A stretch of DNA of 64,000 bases from a virus, in the IMG/VR virus record IMGVR_UViG_3300031730_000001, positions 25,874 through 89,873 of that record. The stretch is one strand, 5' to 3'. How positions within the stretch are numbered: position 1 is the stretch's first letter; each line of letters starts with the position of its first letter. The notes beneath the pieces were generated by a model that saw only the letters and a program-made list of their open reading frames with translations, made no database searches and had not been told where the DNA came from. Shown piece by piece: positions 39,487 to 51,085 of this stretch. The translations under genes and the position numbers were made by a program.

Positions 39487-40232
39487 ATCCGCGAGAAGCA
39501 GCTGAGCTGCTTGGCCATTGCGCCATGTTCGACAACCGAAAGCCCAGTCAGGGGGCCGCCGTTGCCTGGTCGGCCGCCCTGCATGACGTCCCTATGGACG
39601 ACGACGCCCGCGCGGCGGTGGCGATCTACTACTCGACGCCGCCGAAGGATCCGGACGGAAAGCTCTGGATTTTGCCGCATCACGTCCGCACCCTCCGGAC
39701 GAAGATCCGCTCTAAGCGGTTGGAGAACTTCCAGTACGAGCCCATCGCCGGCGAGACGGTCCCGGAGTACCTGGTTCGCCTTCGTGGCCAGACGCAGGCC
39801 ATCGCCTCCGGTGCGGTCGACCCGTCGACTGGCCGGCTGGCGATCGAGGGCGGCCCGTCCCGCGAGTTCATGGCCGAGCTGGAGGCCCGCGGCTGGCAGG
39901 GCGTCCGGACCGTGGACGGCGAGGACGCCGAGGAGCTGGGCGACTCGGTGCGCCGTTCGGGCCCGCTGGGTGTCGAGTGCCCTGCCTGCCATGCCGCGAT
40001 CGGAAAGCCGTGCAAGTCACCTGGCGGCACCGACAAGCAGCCGCTGGGGAAGCCGCGCTTGAAGCCGCACAGCGCCCGCTCCCGGGCTGCGGACGGCGTA
40101 CCGGAGGCCACGGCCGATGAGCGGGCGGCTGAGGAGCGGCGGATCCGGCAGATGTCCGCCGCGCATCTCGCCCGTGAGGCCGAGGAGATCCCGGACGCGC
40201 TGATCGTCGACGAGGAGGAGGCCGCCTCGTGA
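39483..40232 (+). CDS. Replication accessory protein (helicase loader/inhibitor-like N-terminus, zinc finger)
   Basis: FDNR...AW...L...P..V; CPACHA..G.PC. Confidence 0.55.
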   Translation: MNPREAAELLGHCAMFDNRKPSQGAAVAWSAALHDVPMDDDARAAVAIYYSTPPKDPDGKLWILPHHVRTLRTKIRSKRLENFQYEPIAGETVPEYLVRLRGQTQAIASGAVDPSTGRLAIEGGPSREFMAELEARGWQGVRTVDGEDAEELGDSVRRSGPLGVECPACHAAIGKPCKSPGGTDKQPLGKPRLKPHSARSRAADGVPEATADERAAEERRIRQMSAAHLAREAEEIPDALIVDEEEAAS

Positions 40233-42375
40233 ACGACCACCAGATCCCGGAAGACGACGGCATTCAGGTCGATGACATCAAGGCGGTTCGTCGTGAGGGC
40301 CGCGAGGAGTTGCGGGCGTTGATGCGCTCGCAGATCGCGATCGGCAGGTCTCGCCGCGACGAGGCCCCGAAGCCGGTCCCACCCCCGGCGCCGCCCGGTC
40401 ACCGGCCTGGCGCCTGGCCGACGGGTTCCAGTCCGCCGGGTCCGCCGCCGGAGTGGTCGATCCCGAAGCCCGTCTGGGATGCGGCGGTCCGGCACTACCG
40501 CAACACCGAGTACCGACCCGACCAGCCGTGCGACTGCGGCAACTGCCCGTAGCCCGCCCGAAAGGAGAACCCCGTGGGAATCGACTTCTCGCACACCCAA
40601 GCCCAGTGGTCGTACACCGGCTTCGGCGCCTTCCGTCGTGCGATCGCCCTGTTTGAGGGCTTCGAGCTCGACGACATGGAGGGCTTCGGCGGCGACCGCG
40701 ACTGGTCCACCGTCGCCACCGACCTCGCGCCGCTGCTCAATCACTCCGACTGCGACGGCGAGATGACGCCCGACGAGTGCCGCCAGGTCGCCCCGCGCCT
40801 GCGGCAGGTGATCGACGAGCTGTGGCCTGCCGAGCGGGCCGTCTGGGAGACCGATCCGAGCGCGCACTACAACCGCCGCGCCGGTCTCGAACTCGCCGAC
40901 GGCATGGACGCCGCAGCCGCCGTCGACGAGCACCTGCAATTCCAGTGATCCACGCGAAGGAGACCCCGATGACGATCCGTTACAGCGCCCCGATGCCCGT
41001 CGAACTGCGGCATTTCATGCGCGCCAAGCAGGACCCGGCCCGCGCCGTCGCTTGCCCGCACTGCGGGGTGGCCGCGCACAAGCCGTGCCGACTGCGCACC
41101 AACGGCCGCCTGCTGACGGAGCCGCACCCGCAGCGCCGGTCCGTGTGGGCGCAGGCCATCGCCTGCTGCCCCGCCTGCCAGGTCACGCCCGGCACGCCCT
41201 GCCACGAGGACGGCCGCGCCCGCGACACCGTCCATGCCCGCCGCTACACCGAAGCCGGGGAGACCGCAGCGTGAGCGCCATCTGCCGCATCGACGAGTGC
41301 ACGACCCCGCCCCGGCCCGGCCGCCGCCTGTGCAACAAGCATCAGGTTCGGGTCACCCGCCACGGCAACCCGGACTTCACCGAGTGGACGGTCGCCGACG
41401 GCTTCGACGTCGAACTCCTCGTCGCCGATCCCCGACCCGCCGAGGGGCTGACCCGGCTGGAGCGCGTGATGGTCGCCCGCGGGCTGACCGAACGCGACGT
41501 GCCGGCCGAGGAGATAGCCCGCATCGTCGGCGTCCACCCGCGCAGCGTCTACCGCTGGCGATCTGAGGGATTCCGGCAGGCCGCCTAAGCCCCGCCACCC
41601 CCGCCCCGCACCGCGACAGCACCGCCGCCTGACCACCCACCGAAGGAGATCCGCATGACCGAGACCGAGACCACACCCCGCCTCGCTACAGCCCTCACCG
41701 TCTGGCAGGCGTGGTGGGAGGACCACGACATGTGGGACGGCAACGAGATGTACCTCGACTTCGACACCGCCAAGACCCATGCCGCGTTCAGCTACGAGAC
41801 CGACGAGTACCCCGAGCCCGAGGACCGCGACGAGACCGTCCGGCCCGACTTCTCGTGGGAGTTCGGCTACGGCCAGTGGATGCTCCTCGACGGCGGCAAG
41901 GACACCCTCGTCCGCGTCTCCCGCCGATCCGTGTACCGCCCGGCGACCGAGCGGGAGGTTCAGCAGCAGGACGCGCTGATGGCTGCCGAGCGTGCCGCCC
42001 GGGTCGCCTACCCGCACTTGTCGACGCGCGAGGCGATGGCGGCCATGCAGCCGACAGGGCGGCCCACTGATGCCTGACCGCACAACCCCCACCCCGCCTC
42101 CCCGCCGCCGCCAGTCGACCCGCAAGTACTTGACCCCGACCGCCGAGCGGATCATCGCCGACTGCTATCCGGGCCAGGTGCTGGCGACGGTTTTGGAGCG
42201 GGCGGTGCGTGCGATGGCGGTCCGGGACGGGCTGCTGACGGCGGCGACGGGTCGGCGTCGGGCGGGGCGCATCCCAGCCGTGAAGGCGCCGTCCGGCGGC
42301 CCCAGTTCGTCTCTGGCGGCCTCAGGGCCCGTCGAGGCCCCCCGCGCCCTCCCGGACGCTCCTGGCGACTCCTAG
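40229..42375 (+). other. Hypothetical genes (40229-40552, 40574-40948, zinc finger 40969-41274, HTH 41271-41588, 41655-42077, 42070-42375)
   Basis: SD sites and coupling; CPHC/CPAC motifs; IARIVGVHPRSVYRW. Confidence 0.6.
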
Positions 42376-42434
42376 GGCCGTTTACGGGCCTCGGCCCGGA
42401 TCTGAAACCGCAACCCACCGACAGGGGAACCGAC

Positions 42435-42962
42435 ATGACCATCCGCCGTACCGCCGTTGCCGCAACAACCCTCGCCGCCTACATCGCCACGATCCCCGCC
42501 GCGAACATGGCGGTCGCCCATTTCGGCGCCGTCCCGGTCGGCTTCGGGCTACTGGCCCCGGCCGGCGTGTACGCGGTCGGCATCGCCCTGGTGCTGCGGG
42601 ATCTCGCCCGTGAAGTGGCGGGCCGCGCCGCGGTGGCGGCTGCCATCATCGCTGGTGCGGCCCTCTCCTTCCTGCTGGCCACCCCAGCCCTGGCGCTCGC
42701 GTCCACCGTGGCGTTCGCGGTGTCGGAGATCCTTGACTTCGCCGTGTACGAGCCTCTCCGAAAGCGCGGTCTGCTGGCTGCGATGACCGCCTCGAACGCG
42801 GCGGGTCTCGCCGCGGACAGCCTGCTCTTCCTGTGGCTCGCCTTCGGGTCCCTCACGTTTCTGCCGGGCCAGATCCTCGGCAAGGCATGGATGACCGTTG
42901 CCGCAGTCGCCGTCATCGCGGCGTTCCGTCGGCGGGTGCGTGGCGGGGCGGTGACGGCGTGA
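42435..42962 (+). CDS. yhhQ: VUT/YhhQ-family (queuosine precursor) transporter
   Basis: AN, PAG, LRD, AS..AF..SE..D, SN...DS..F..LAF, GQ..GK motifs; multiple TM helices. Confidence 0.82.
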   Translation: MTIRRTAVAATTLAAYIATIPAANMAVAHFGAVPVGFGLLAPAGVYAVGIALVLRDLAREVAGRAAVAAAIIAGAALSFLLATPALALASTVAFAVSEILDFAVYEPLRKRGLLAAMTASNAAGLAADSLLFLWLAFGSLTFLPGQILGKAWMTVAAVAVIAAFRRRVRGGAVTA

Positions 42963-44005
42963 CCGCGGCCCCCGACCTCGACGCCGTCTGGACGCTGGAG
43001 GACTGCGACTGCGCCATGCGGTTCCTGTGCGGTCACTGCGTCCACGACCGGTGCGAGGACTGCGGGGGCTGCTCCGGCGGCGGCCCATGCGTCTGCCCGT
43101 GCGGGATTGCCGAACGCGGCGCGTGGACGGCGATGTGGGACAGCCTGGTCGCCGACCTGTACCTGGGCACGCACATGACGTCGTGGCTGTGGGACAAGAC
43201 GCTGGAGAAACAGTTCAAGGGCGTCACGTTCTTCATCTCCCGCGTCCGGCTCGCCCCGCGACGCAGCCCTTTCCCGCGCGCCCTGCACCGTTACTGCATC
43301 GACTCCGGCGGCTTCTCCGAACTGCAGAAGTTCGGGCGCTGGAGGATCACCGCCGCCGAATACGTCGCCGAGATCCGCCGCTTCCTTGCCGAACTCGGCT
43401 ACGAGCTGTGCGTGTGGGTTGCCCCGCAGGACCTGATGTGCGAGGAGATCGTCATCCGTGGCGGCGTCGGCGCCCGTGGCCAGGTCTTCCACGGCACCCG
43501 CGAGCTGCGTGGCCTGAAGCCGGGAGATCCGGAACAGGATCTGACGACCGCGGTACGGATCCATCAGCGGCTCACCGTCGAGAACCTGGTCGAGCTTCGG
43601 AGACTCGCCCCAGAGATCAAGTTCATACCGGTGCTGCAAGGCAACCGCTTCGAGGACTACGTGCACTGCGACCAGTTGTACGCAGCGGCGGGTATCGACC
43701 TTGCTGCAGAGCCCGTCGTCGGTCTCGGCTCCGTCTGCCGTCGCCAAGCCACCAGCGAAATCCGGGAGATCGTCGAGCACTTCGCCGCCAAGGGCTACCG
43801 CCTGCACGGCTTCGGCGTGAAAACCCTCGGCCTCGCCCAGTACGCCGACGGGCTCGTCTCCGCGGACTCGATGGCCTGGTCCGAAGACGCCCGCCGCTCC
43901 GGCCCCCTGCCCGGTCACGCGCACAAAAACTGCGCCAACTGTCCCGACTGGGCGCACCGCTGGCACCGGCGCATCGTCCAGACCCACCTCACCCCCGCCC
44001 CGTGA
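42959..44005 (+). CDS. dpdA: DpdA/TGT-like guanine transglycosylase (7-deazaguanine DNA modification)
   Basis: DSGGFS, QDLMCE, PVLQG, GLGSVC, LHGFG and SADSMAW motifs. Confidence 0.8.
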   Translation: MTAAPDLDAVWTLEDCDCAMRFLCGHCVHDRCEDCGGCSGGGPCVCPCGIAERGAWTAMWDSLVADLYLGTHMTSWLWDKTLEKQFKGVTFFISRVRLAPRRSPFPRALHRYCIDSGGFSELQKFGRWRITAAEYVAEIRRFLAELGYELCVWVAPQDLMCEEIVIRGGVGARGQVFHGTRELRGLKPGDPEQDLTTAVRIHQRLTVENLVELRRLAPEIKFIPVLQGNRFEDYVHCDQLYAAAGIDLAAEPVVGLGSVCRRQATSEIREIVEHFAAKGYRLHGFGVKTLGLAQYADGLVSADSMAWSEDARRSGPLPGHAHKNCANCPDWAHRWHRRIVQTHLTPAP

Positions 44006-44061
44006 CCCCCGCCCTGGCCGTCGTCTTCCTGGCGGCGGCCGGCCCCACCCGAAGGAGCCCC

Positions 44062-45039
44062 ATGACCACCGACCCGCAGGCCACTCTCGACCCGTTCGGG
44101 CCGCCTCTGCCAACTGCCGAGGAAGCCGCGACCACAGGGCGTATCGGCTGGAACCTCCGCTGCAACAACTGCGGCGGCTACGGCGCCACCTGGATCCCCG
44201 GCATGCGGCCGGGATGGGGTGCCCTCGCCCTCTGCAACCCGGACGCGAAGGCCCTTCAGGCCATGCAGCTCCGCCACTCCGCCGAGCTGAAGGCCCTGAC
44301 CGTCGTCAACTTCGAACAGGACCGGTGACCGCCGTGACCGACCCGCAGCCTGTCGTCTGGATCGACGGCGACCCGCTCATGGAAGCCATCGCCGCCGCCG
44401 TCTACCGGGAGGCTCGCGGCCTGCCCGAGGACGCCGTTCTCGCGGGGGACGCCCTGTGGTTCCACGTCCGCGACGACGAGGTCGTCATCGAGTTCGCGGT
44501 GGAGGTCCCGCAGTGACCACCGCGCAGCTCCTCGCTGAGTCCCTCGCCACGATCCCCGTCCTGCTGCGTGCGGGTGCGGTGTGGCTGCTCCTGCTGTGCG
44601 GGGTAGCGGGGCTGGCCGTGTACGCGGCGGGTGTCGTGGCGTGGTGCGGCTGCCGGTGGGTGTGGCAGGCCGTTCGCGGTATCTGGGCGCCCACTGGGGG
44701 GCCTGAGGGGGGCTCGGGGCTCCCGGGCGACCTCCGGGCGGCTCCTGAGCCCGCAGAGACGCTCTCAGGGCGTCCAGGGCCGAGCTGGGCGCGCGGCGAC
44801 ACCGACAACCAACCCGAGATTGGAGAAGCCGCATGAAATTCGCCTGCCAGAACTGCCGCCGCCCACTCCACTGGCTCGACGAAACGGGCTGGCTCCACGG
44901 CGAACTCCCGCAGTACGCCCACGAACCCATCACCTGCGAGCGCCCCGAACCAGTCTGCGAGTACAGCACCTGCAACCACGCCGACGGGCCCGACGCCTCC
45001 TGCACCTGCCGCTGCCACAACCCGAGGACCACACGATGA
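44062..45039 (+). other. Small hypothetical genes (44062-44328, 44325-44516, 44513-44836, 44833-45039)
   Basis: Coupled ORFs. Confidence 0.55.
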
Positions 45040-45476
45040 CCGACAAGCCGTACCGACTACTCGTCACCGGGTCCCGCGACTGGACCGACGAGGAACTCAT
45101 CCGCCACCAACTCACCCGCGCATGGCTCACCGTCAAAGGCCCCTTCGTCGTCATCCACGGCGGATGCCCCACCGGCGCCGACTGGATGGCATCCGACTGG
45201 GTCGCCAACATGCTCGAAGCCGAGATGGGCGACGTCCGCGAAGAAGGACACCCGGCCCAGCGGCACCCGACTGAGGACTTCGGCCCGTGGCCAGGCGCCG
45301 GGCCCCGCCGCAACGCCCACATGGTCGGCCTCGGCGCGGACGCCTGCCTCGCCTTCATCGGCCCGTGCACCAAACCCAACTGCCGCCGCCCGCAACCCCA
45401 CGGCAGCCACGGCGCGAGCGGATGCGCAGACCTCGCCGAAGCCGCAGGCATCCCGACGAGGAGGTTCACCGCATGA
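45036..45476 (+). CDS. SLOG-family (YspA/DUF2493-like) protein
   Basis: LLVTGSRDW, IHGG..TGAD, AGPRRN.HMV, AF. Confidence 0.82.
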   Translation: MTDKPYRLLVTGSRDWTDEELIRHQLTRAWLTVKGPFVVIHGGCPTGADWMASDWVANMLEAEMGDVREEGHPAQRHPTEDFGPWPGAGPRRNAHMVGLGADACLAFIGPCTKPNCRRPQPHGSHGASGCADLAEAAGIPTRRFTA

Positions 45477-48400
45477 CCGACCTCGTGCGCGCCACATGCC
45501 CCGGCTGCGGCAACGACCGCCGAGTCACCGTCGCCGGAACCTTCGGCCGCCACCGCAAAGGCGGCATCACCTGCCCCGGCGCCGGACAACCCGCACCCGG
45601 CATCACCCCGCCCGAATCACACCGAGGCGCCACCGGTCTCACCGGACCGCCACCACCGGACGAACCTGCAGCAGGCCGATCCTGCGACGCAGGCAACTGC
45701 AACCGGCCCTCCATCGGATGGCGGCTCTTCCGAGGCCAACGCGAATGGCTTCCCGTCTGCGGCTTCTGCATGGACGGACCACCCGGACGCACCCGCATCC
45801 ACGACCCAGAGGACACCGACCATGCATGACCCGTTGACCGTCGCCTTCGAGATCCGCCGCCCGTGGCCCAAGGCCGTTGACTGGCGCGCCAAGCAGGCCG
45901 TCCGAGACGGCGTCCGCTGGAGGCTCGGCGCTCCCTACGCGGTGCTCGCCGGGCGCGGCCTCTACTTCCCCTGCATGATCACCGTCTGGCATCGGGACCC
46001 GTCCGGCCACGACGACACCACCTGCCGCAGCATGCGCTGGCAGTGGCACGTCCACCACTGGAAGATCCAGATCTCGCCGCTCCAACACCTCCGCCGACGA
46101 CTCCTCACCCGCTGCACGTGGTGCGGTGGCCGCTCGACCAAGGGTGACGCGGTCAACGTCTCCCACCAGTGGGACGGGCCGCGCGGGCGCTGGTGGCAGG
46201 GAGAACCCGGCCTGTTCCACCGGGACTGCTCAGCCATCAAGTCCGCGCACGCCACCTGCGTATGCGAGTGGCCCGTGCTGGAGCACGACACCTACGGCAA
46301 GTGCGCCCGCTGCGAACGGTCCCGATCCTTCAGCACCACGGACGAACACCTGCCGCGACTGCGGGAGCTGGCCGCGATTCCGCACGGCAGTCGTCAGCCG
46401 TGACCGCGCCCCCGGACTGCGAGCCCCTCTGGCAGGACGACGACTGGGACATCGCACCACCCGACCCCCGCATCAACGACCTACGCGGACAAGGCCTCAC
46501 CGCCATGCAGCTGCACACCATCACCGACATAGCGATCAGTCAGGAGTACCTGTGACCAGCCCCAGCGACGAACTCACCCGCCAGCGGGAACAACTCATCG
46601 AAGCCATGTCCGGCGTCAGCGAAGAACGCTGGTGCGCAGGCTGGCTGGGCGGCCTCGAACAACGCCTCCACGCAGAAGGCGGCATCTGGGAAACCATCGG
46701 CCGCGCCACCGGCTGGCCAGTCGGCGACTACCAGGAATGGACCTGGTTCCCCTGGGACGAGGCCGCGCAGATCTTCGCGAACGGAGGCCAGCCGTGACCG
46801 GGCCGTCCAACCCCCGTCGCGAACACGCCGGCACACGTGGCCGCAACTGGGAGACCCGCCTCATCACCCCCGGCGAAACCGTGGTCGAAGACGACGACGA
46901 GGAACTCGCCCCACCACCGTCCGCCAACCGGGAGACACGACGCGCAGCACGGAGGGCGAAGTGACCGACCAGCCCGAGCACGTCTGCAAGCCGGGCGCCA
47001 CCGTCTACTACTGTCCGGCCAGCGACGAAACCGAATCCGACTGCCACGGCGGCTTCGGCCAGTGCTGCGAGAGGCCCGACCTGCACCGGCCCGTATCCAC
47101 CGTCCTCCGCGATCACCTCGCCGCCGCGCTCATCGCCCGCATCAGGCAGGCCACCGTCTCCCGCACTCAGCCTTTCGACGCCGCGACCTCGCTGCTTGCG
47201 GCGACAGAGTTCGACCTCGCCGACACTGCCCTGGCCGCACTCACGAAGTACCTCGACATCGGCGACGCCGAAGCCTGGTGCAAGATCTGCCGCCGCGTCT
47301 GGGACGGCAAACACCACCGCTGCGAGTCGGACGCCGAACAGCGCGTCGCCCGCGTCCATGCCGCGCTCGCCACCTTCGAGGGGCGCGGCGTCCTCGCCAT
47401 CGGCGCCACGAACTTCGACATCCCCACCGCAGGCGAAGTCATCGCCGCCGTCCGTACCGCCCTCGACGAACCCAAGGAGGGCTGACGATGCCCACACCCG
47501 AGGAGGACTTCGACGGCTGCAACTCCGAGTGTCGCCGCGCCGGAACCCACACCCTGCGCTGGGGCGGCTGCGAGCATGCGCCCGAACCCGAGCCGACCGT
47601 CAGCATGTCCGTGGTCTACCAGGACCACGATGGGCAGAACTCGATCGGCTTCGACACGTACACCGTCCCGCAGCTGGCCGACCTCATCGCGGACGCCTTC
47701 GTCACCCCACAGCCCGGATCGCTGCTGATCCCCATGGACAGGGCGTGGGCAAACGGCATAGCCCTCCATGCGGCGAAAGCGATCGTCCACCGCAACGACG
47801 CGAACAACGCCGAACAATCGCCGCGAACAACTCCGGACAACTCGCCGACCAGCAGCGATACGCCGGACAACTCGTTGCGGGATCAGCTTCAGGCCGCGAT
47901 CGAGTCCGAGGTCTACGAGTTCCGCGAGCGCACCATGTGGTGGCCGGAAGGCGAGATCGCCAAGGAGATCGCCCGACTCGCCACACGCGGCGCCATGGAG
48001 ATCCGCGACCGCGAGCTGGAACAACTCCGGGCCAAGGTCGCCGAGTTCGACCACATCATCAACTGGCACACCACCTGCGCCTCCTGCGCCCGCATCCTCG
48101 ACTCCAGCTACCAGGAGACTGTGCGCGCCGAACAGGCCGAGCGGCAGCGTGACCAGCTCGCCGCTCTCGTTCGCGACTTCCGCGACCCCGACCCGTGCCG
48201 CCTCGACCATCACGGCTACTGCCAGGCACACAGCTGGCTGTGTGGCGGCTCCCGCTGCCCGCATGCCCGTGCCCGCGAAGTCCTCGCCGAACTCGACAGC
48301 GGGCCGACCATCGACGAATGCCGCCGCGACGACCTGCGCTGCCCGCTGGAGAGGGACGGCGAGTGACCGCCACCGACTGGACCGGGCTCGCCGTCGGCGC

Positions 48401-48847
48401 CGCCCTCGGCCTCCTCGGGTACGCCGCCGTCCACACCGTCCGCCACTGGCTGCGCAAGACGATCGCCGCCCGGACGTGCCCGCTCTGCGGCTGCGACTGC
48501 CGGGCCAGCACCCCGCCGCCGCGCAGCTTCAGCGACGGGGCGGCGCAGCTCATCGACCAGCTCGAACGACAGAAGGAGCAGCAGTGACCGACTGGACCCC
48601 GCCACCGCCCGGCGACCGGCGCGAGCAACTCCCGGCACATCTGCTCGCCCTCGTCAACATCCCGCCGTACACGTCGACCGCCTGCGAGATGGCGGGACTC
48701 CTCGACGCAGCCGCCGACGAGTACCAGGACCGGGCCGACGGGATCGCAGCCTGGATTGACCGGCTGCACTCCCGCTGCCGGCTCAACAACAAGTACACGG
48801 GCGCCAGTTGTGACTGCGCCTGCCACCGGGAAGGGCCCCGCCCGTGA
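45473..48847 (+). other. Run of small, often Cys-rich hypothetical genes (45473-45829, 45822-46403, 46400-46555, 46552-46797, 46794-46964, 46961-47485, 47488-48366, 48363-48587, 48584-48847)
   Basis: Continuous coupled ORFs. Confidence 0.6.
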
Positions 48848-49668
48848 CCGACAAGACCGCGCTCGGCGACCGGATGAAGCGCTACGAGGCCGCCTATCGA
48901 TCCACTCTGCCGCGCCGCACGTACACGCTGCTCCGCGTCGACGGCCGGTCCTTCCACAGCTACCTGCGCGGCGCGGCCAAGCCGTTCGACGAGGCGTTCA
49001 TGGCCGACATGAACGCGGTCGCCGAAGCCCTCTGTGCGGAGATCACTGGCAGCGTGTTCGCCTACACGCAGTCCGACGAGATCAGCATCCTCGTCACCGA
49101 CTTCGCCAGCGAGCAGACCGAGCCGTGGTTCGGAGGGGTGGTTGCCAAGCAGCTCAGCATCTCCGCCGCACTCGCGACCGCCGTCCTCAACGAGCGGCGC
49201 CCGGGGGCGCGAGCTCTCTTCGACGCCCGCGTGTTCACCCTGTCCGACCCGGTGGAGGTGGCGAACTACTTCCTGTGGCGGCAACGCGACGCGGTCCGCA
49301 ACTCGATCTCGATGGCCGCCCAAGCCCGCTTCTCCCACAAGCGGCTGCACGGCGTGAGCAGCGGCGGCATGCAGGAACTGCTGTTCACCGAAGCCAGGAT
49401 CAACTGGAACGACTACCCCGGCGGCTGTAAACGCGGCCGGATCGCCGTCCGGCAGGTCGGGGAGCGGGCCGTCGAGTACGTCGACAAGCGCAGCAACGAG
49501 ACGGTGAACACCATCGCGGTCCGGTCGTGGTGGGAAACCAGCGCAGCCCCGCACTTCACCACCGAGCCGGGCTCGTGGCTGGCCCGCACAATCCCGGCGC
49601 TGCCGACTCTTCAGACGGCGCCCGCAGTCACCTGGACCTACACCAGCGACCCGCAGCCCGCGCGATGA
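48844..49668 (+). CDS. thg1: tRNA(His) guanylyltransferase Thg1-like protein
   Basis: RMK.YE, RVDGRSFH, YTQSDEIS, FDARV, WRQ.DA.RNS. Confidence 0.92.
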   Translation: MTDKTALGDRMKRYEAAYRSTLPRRTYTLLRVDGRSFHSYLRGAAKPFDEAFMADMNAVAEALCAEITGSVFAYTQSDEISILVTDFASEQTEPWFGGVVAKQLSISAALATAVLNERRPGARALFDARVFTLSDPVEVANYFLWRQRDAVRNSISMAAQARFSHKRLHGVSSGGMQELLFTEARINWNDYPGGCKRGRIAVRQVGERAVEYVDKRSNETVNTIAVRSWWETSAAPHFTTEPGSWLARTIPALPTLQTAPAVTWTYTSDPQPAR

Positions 49669-49676
49669 CGGTCAGA

Positions 49677-49707
49677 AGCCCCGCACCTGATGGTGCGGGG
49701 CTCCTTT
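49677..49707 (+). terminator. Terminator ending the early operon
   Basis: AGCCCCGCACC-TGAT-GGTGCGGGGCT followed by CCTTT. Confidence 0.7.
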
Positions 49708-49787
49708 GCGTGGCCAGTTCGCATCCTTGCCGCCCTGGTATTGCACCCTCACGCTGACCAGGACAGTCAGCGACCAGAGGGGGAACG

Positions 49788-50504
49788 TTGGCGATCTTCG
49801 GCAAGGACAACTCTGATCTCCTGCACCAGATCCTGCGAGAACTCGGCGAACTCCGTGAACGCGTGACGGGCCAGCAGCAGGCCATCGAGCAACTCCGCGG
49901 CGACACCGGCGCGACGCTCAACACCGGCCTCGCCGAGACCCGGGCCGTCGTCCGTGACGGTCTCCAGCGGCATCAGGAGATGATCGGCGAACCGCTCAAC
50001 CGGATCGGCGGCGAACTGGTAGCCATCCGCAATGGCGTCAACGATCTCGGCCGCGAACAGCCGGCACCTACGCAAGCCGCGGCCGAGCCAGATCGTGAGG
50101 TAGCCGACCAGGCGCCCGCGGCCATCAGCGACGGACTCCTGCGCGCTGCTGCCGGCATCTCGCGCGCCAAGCTCCAAGCGCACCGCGACACGTGGGCGTT
50201 CCTCGTCGAACACGCCATCCACGACCGGCACTTCCGCATTCCCGGCGAAGTCCAGGACGCCGACGGTGCTGTCACCGCCTACGTCTCCGGGCCCAGCCTC
50301 GTTGCCGCCGTCACCAGTCTTCACGACGTCAGCCGCACCAGCGACAGCCCCGTCACCCGCGCCATCGCCGGCCACCTCCACGACCGGCTCACCGAAACAG
50401 TGCAGGCCATCATCAGCGATCCGCACCGCGGCGACGGAGCCGACGAAGTCGCCATCGTCATCGACGACCGGGCGAAGACGGCAGACGACGAGCCGAGCGA
50501 CTGA
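49788..50504 (+). CDS. Hypothetical protein (coiled-coil N-terminus), stand-alone
   Basis: 238 aa, GAGGGG SD, flanked by hairpins. Confidence 0.65.
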   Translation: MAIFGKDNSDLLHQILRELGELRERVTGQQQAIEQLRGDTGATLNTGLAETRAVVRDGLQRHQEMIGEPLNRIGGELVAIRNGVNDLGREQPAPTQAAAEPDREVADQAPAAISDGLLRAAAGISRAKLQAHRDTWAFLVEHAIHDRHFRIPGEVQDADGAVTAYVSGPSLVAAVTSLHDVSRTSDSPVTRAIAGHLHDRLTETVQAIISDPHRGDGADEVAIVIDDRAKTADDEPSD

Positions 50505-50692
50505 ACACGGCAGGCCCCGACCCATTGCGGGTTGGGGCCTGCCCGCCTGCCGCTTTCGCCTCGCGCGCGCACGCACTAAGGCCGGGCCTGCGGCCCCGCG
50601 TATTTTGCTGACGCGGAAGCGGGAGTTTTTTACCTGCCGTATTAGGTCACCCGTCTTATAAAAGACCCGCCAGTCGCGAGCCCCCTCAGTCG

Positions 50693-51085
50693 TCAGTCCA
50701 CCCACTGGCCAACCCCTCCGTGGGTGCCATCCTGGTTATGTCCGTTTTGGGGCAGGCCGTAGAAGGCGAGCGTCGTTATGAATCCGCCAGCCCCTGGCTG
50801 CCCCTTGGGAATCCGCGAACGAGTCCGAACCAGGTAGCCGAACTTCTCCAACTCAGTGAACGCGGCGTGGATGGAGCGCCGGCTCTCCGCACCCGGACCA
50901 CGTTCCCGCTTGCCCTGGGCGGCCAACTCGTCCGCCGTGGCCTGCCACCCCGGCGGACGAGCCATGATCTCCGTGAGCAACTGGCGGGCCAGCCGCGTCA
51001 GTCGCCCGTCGAACACGGTCTCGTTGGCCATCTGTACGAAGTTCTTCGACAGCTTCGGCCGGTGCACCACCATCACCACTCGCAT
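50693..51085 (-). CDS. Winged-helix protein (initiator N-terminus-like)
   Basis: FVQMAN...LT..AR.LL.EI...P.GW...LA...ELEKFGYL. Confidence 0.7.
   Translation of the reverse strand: MRVVMVVHRPKLSKNFVQMANETVFDGRLTRLARQLLTEIMARPPGWQATADELAAQGKRERGPGAESRRSIHAAFTELEKFGYLVRTRSRIPKGQPGAGGFITTLAFYGLPQNGHNQDGTHGGVGQWVD

Noticed and set aside
28206-41588. Many proteins ending in EAA/VAA as a possible degradation-tag system
   Set aside because: Largely explained by GAGG-type SD sequences and coupled stop/start junctions common in actinophage operons
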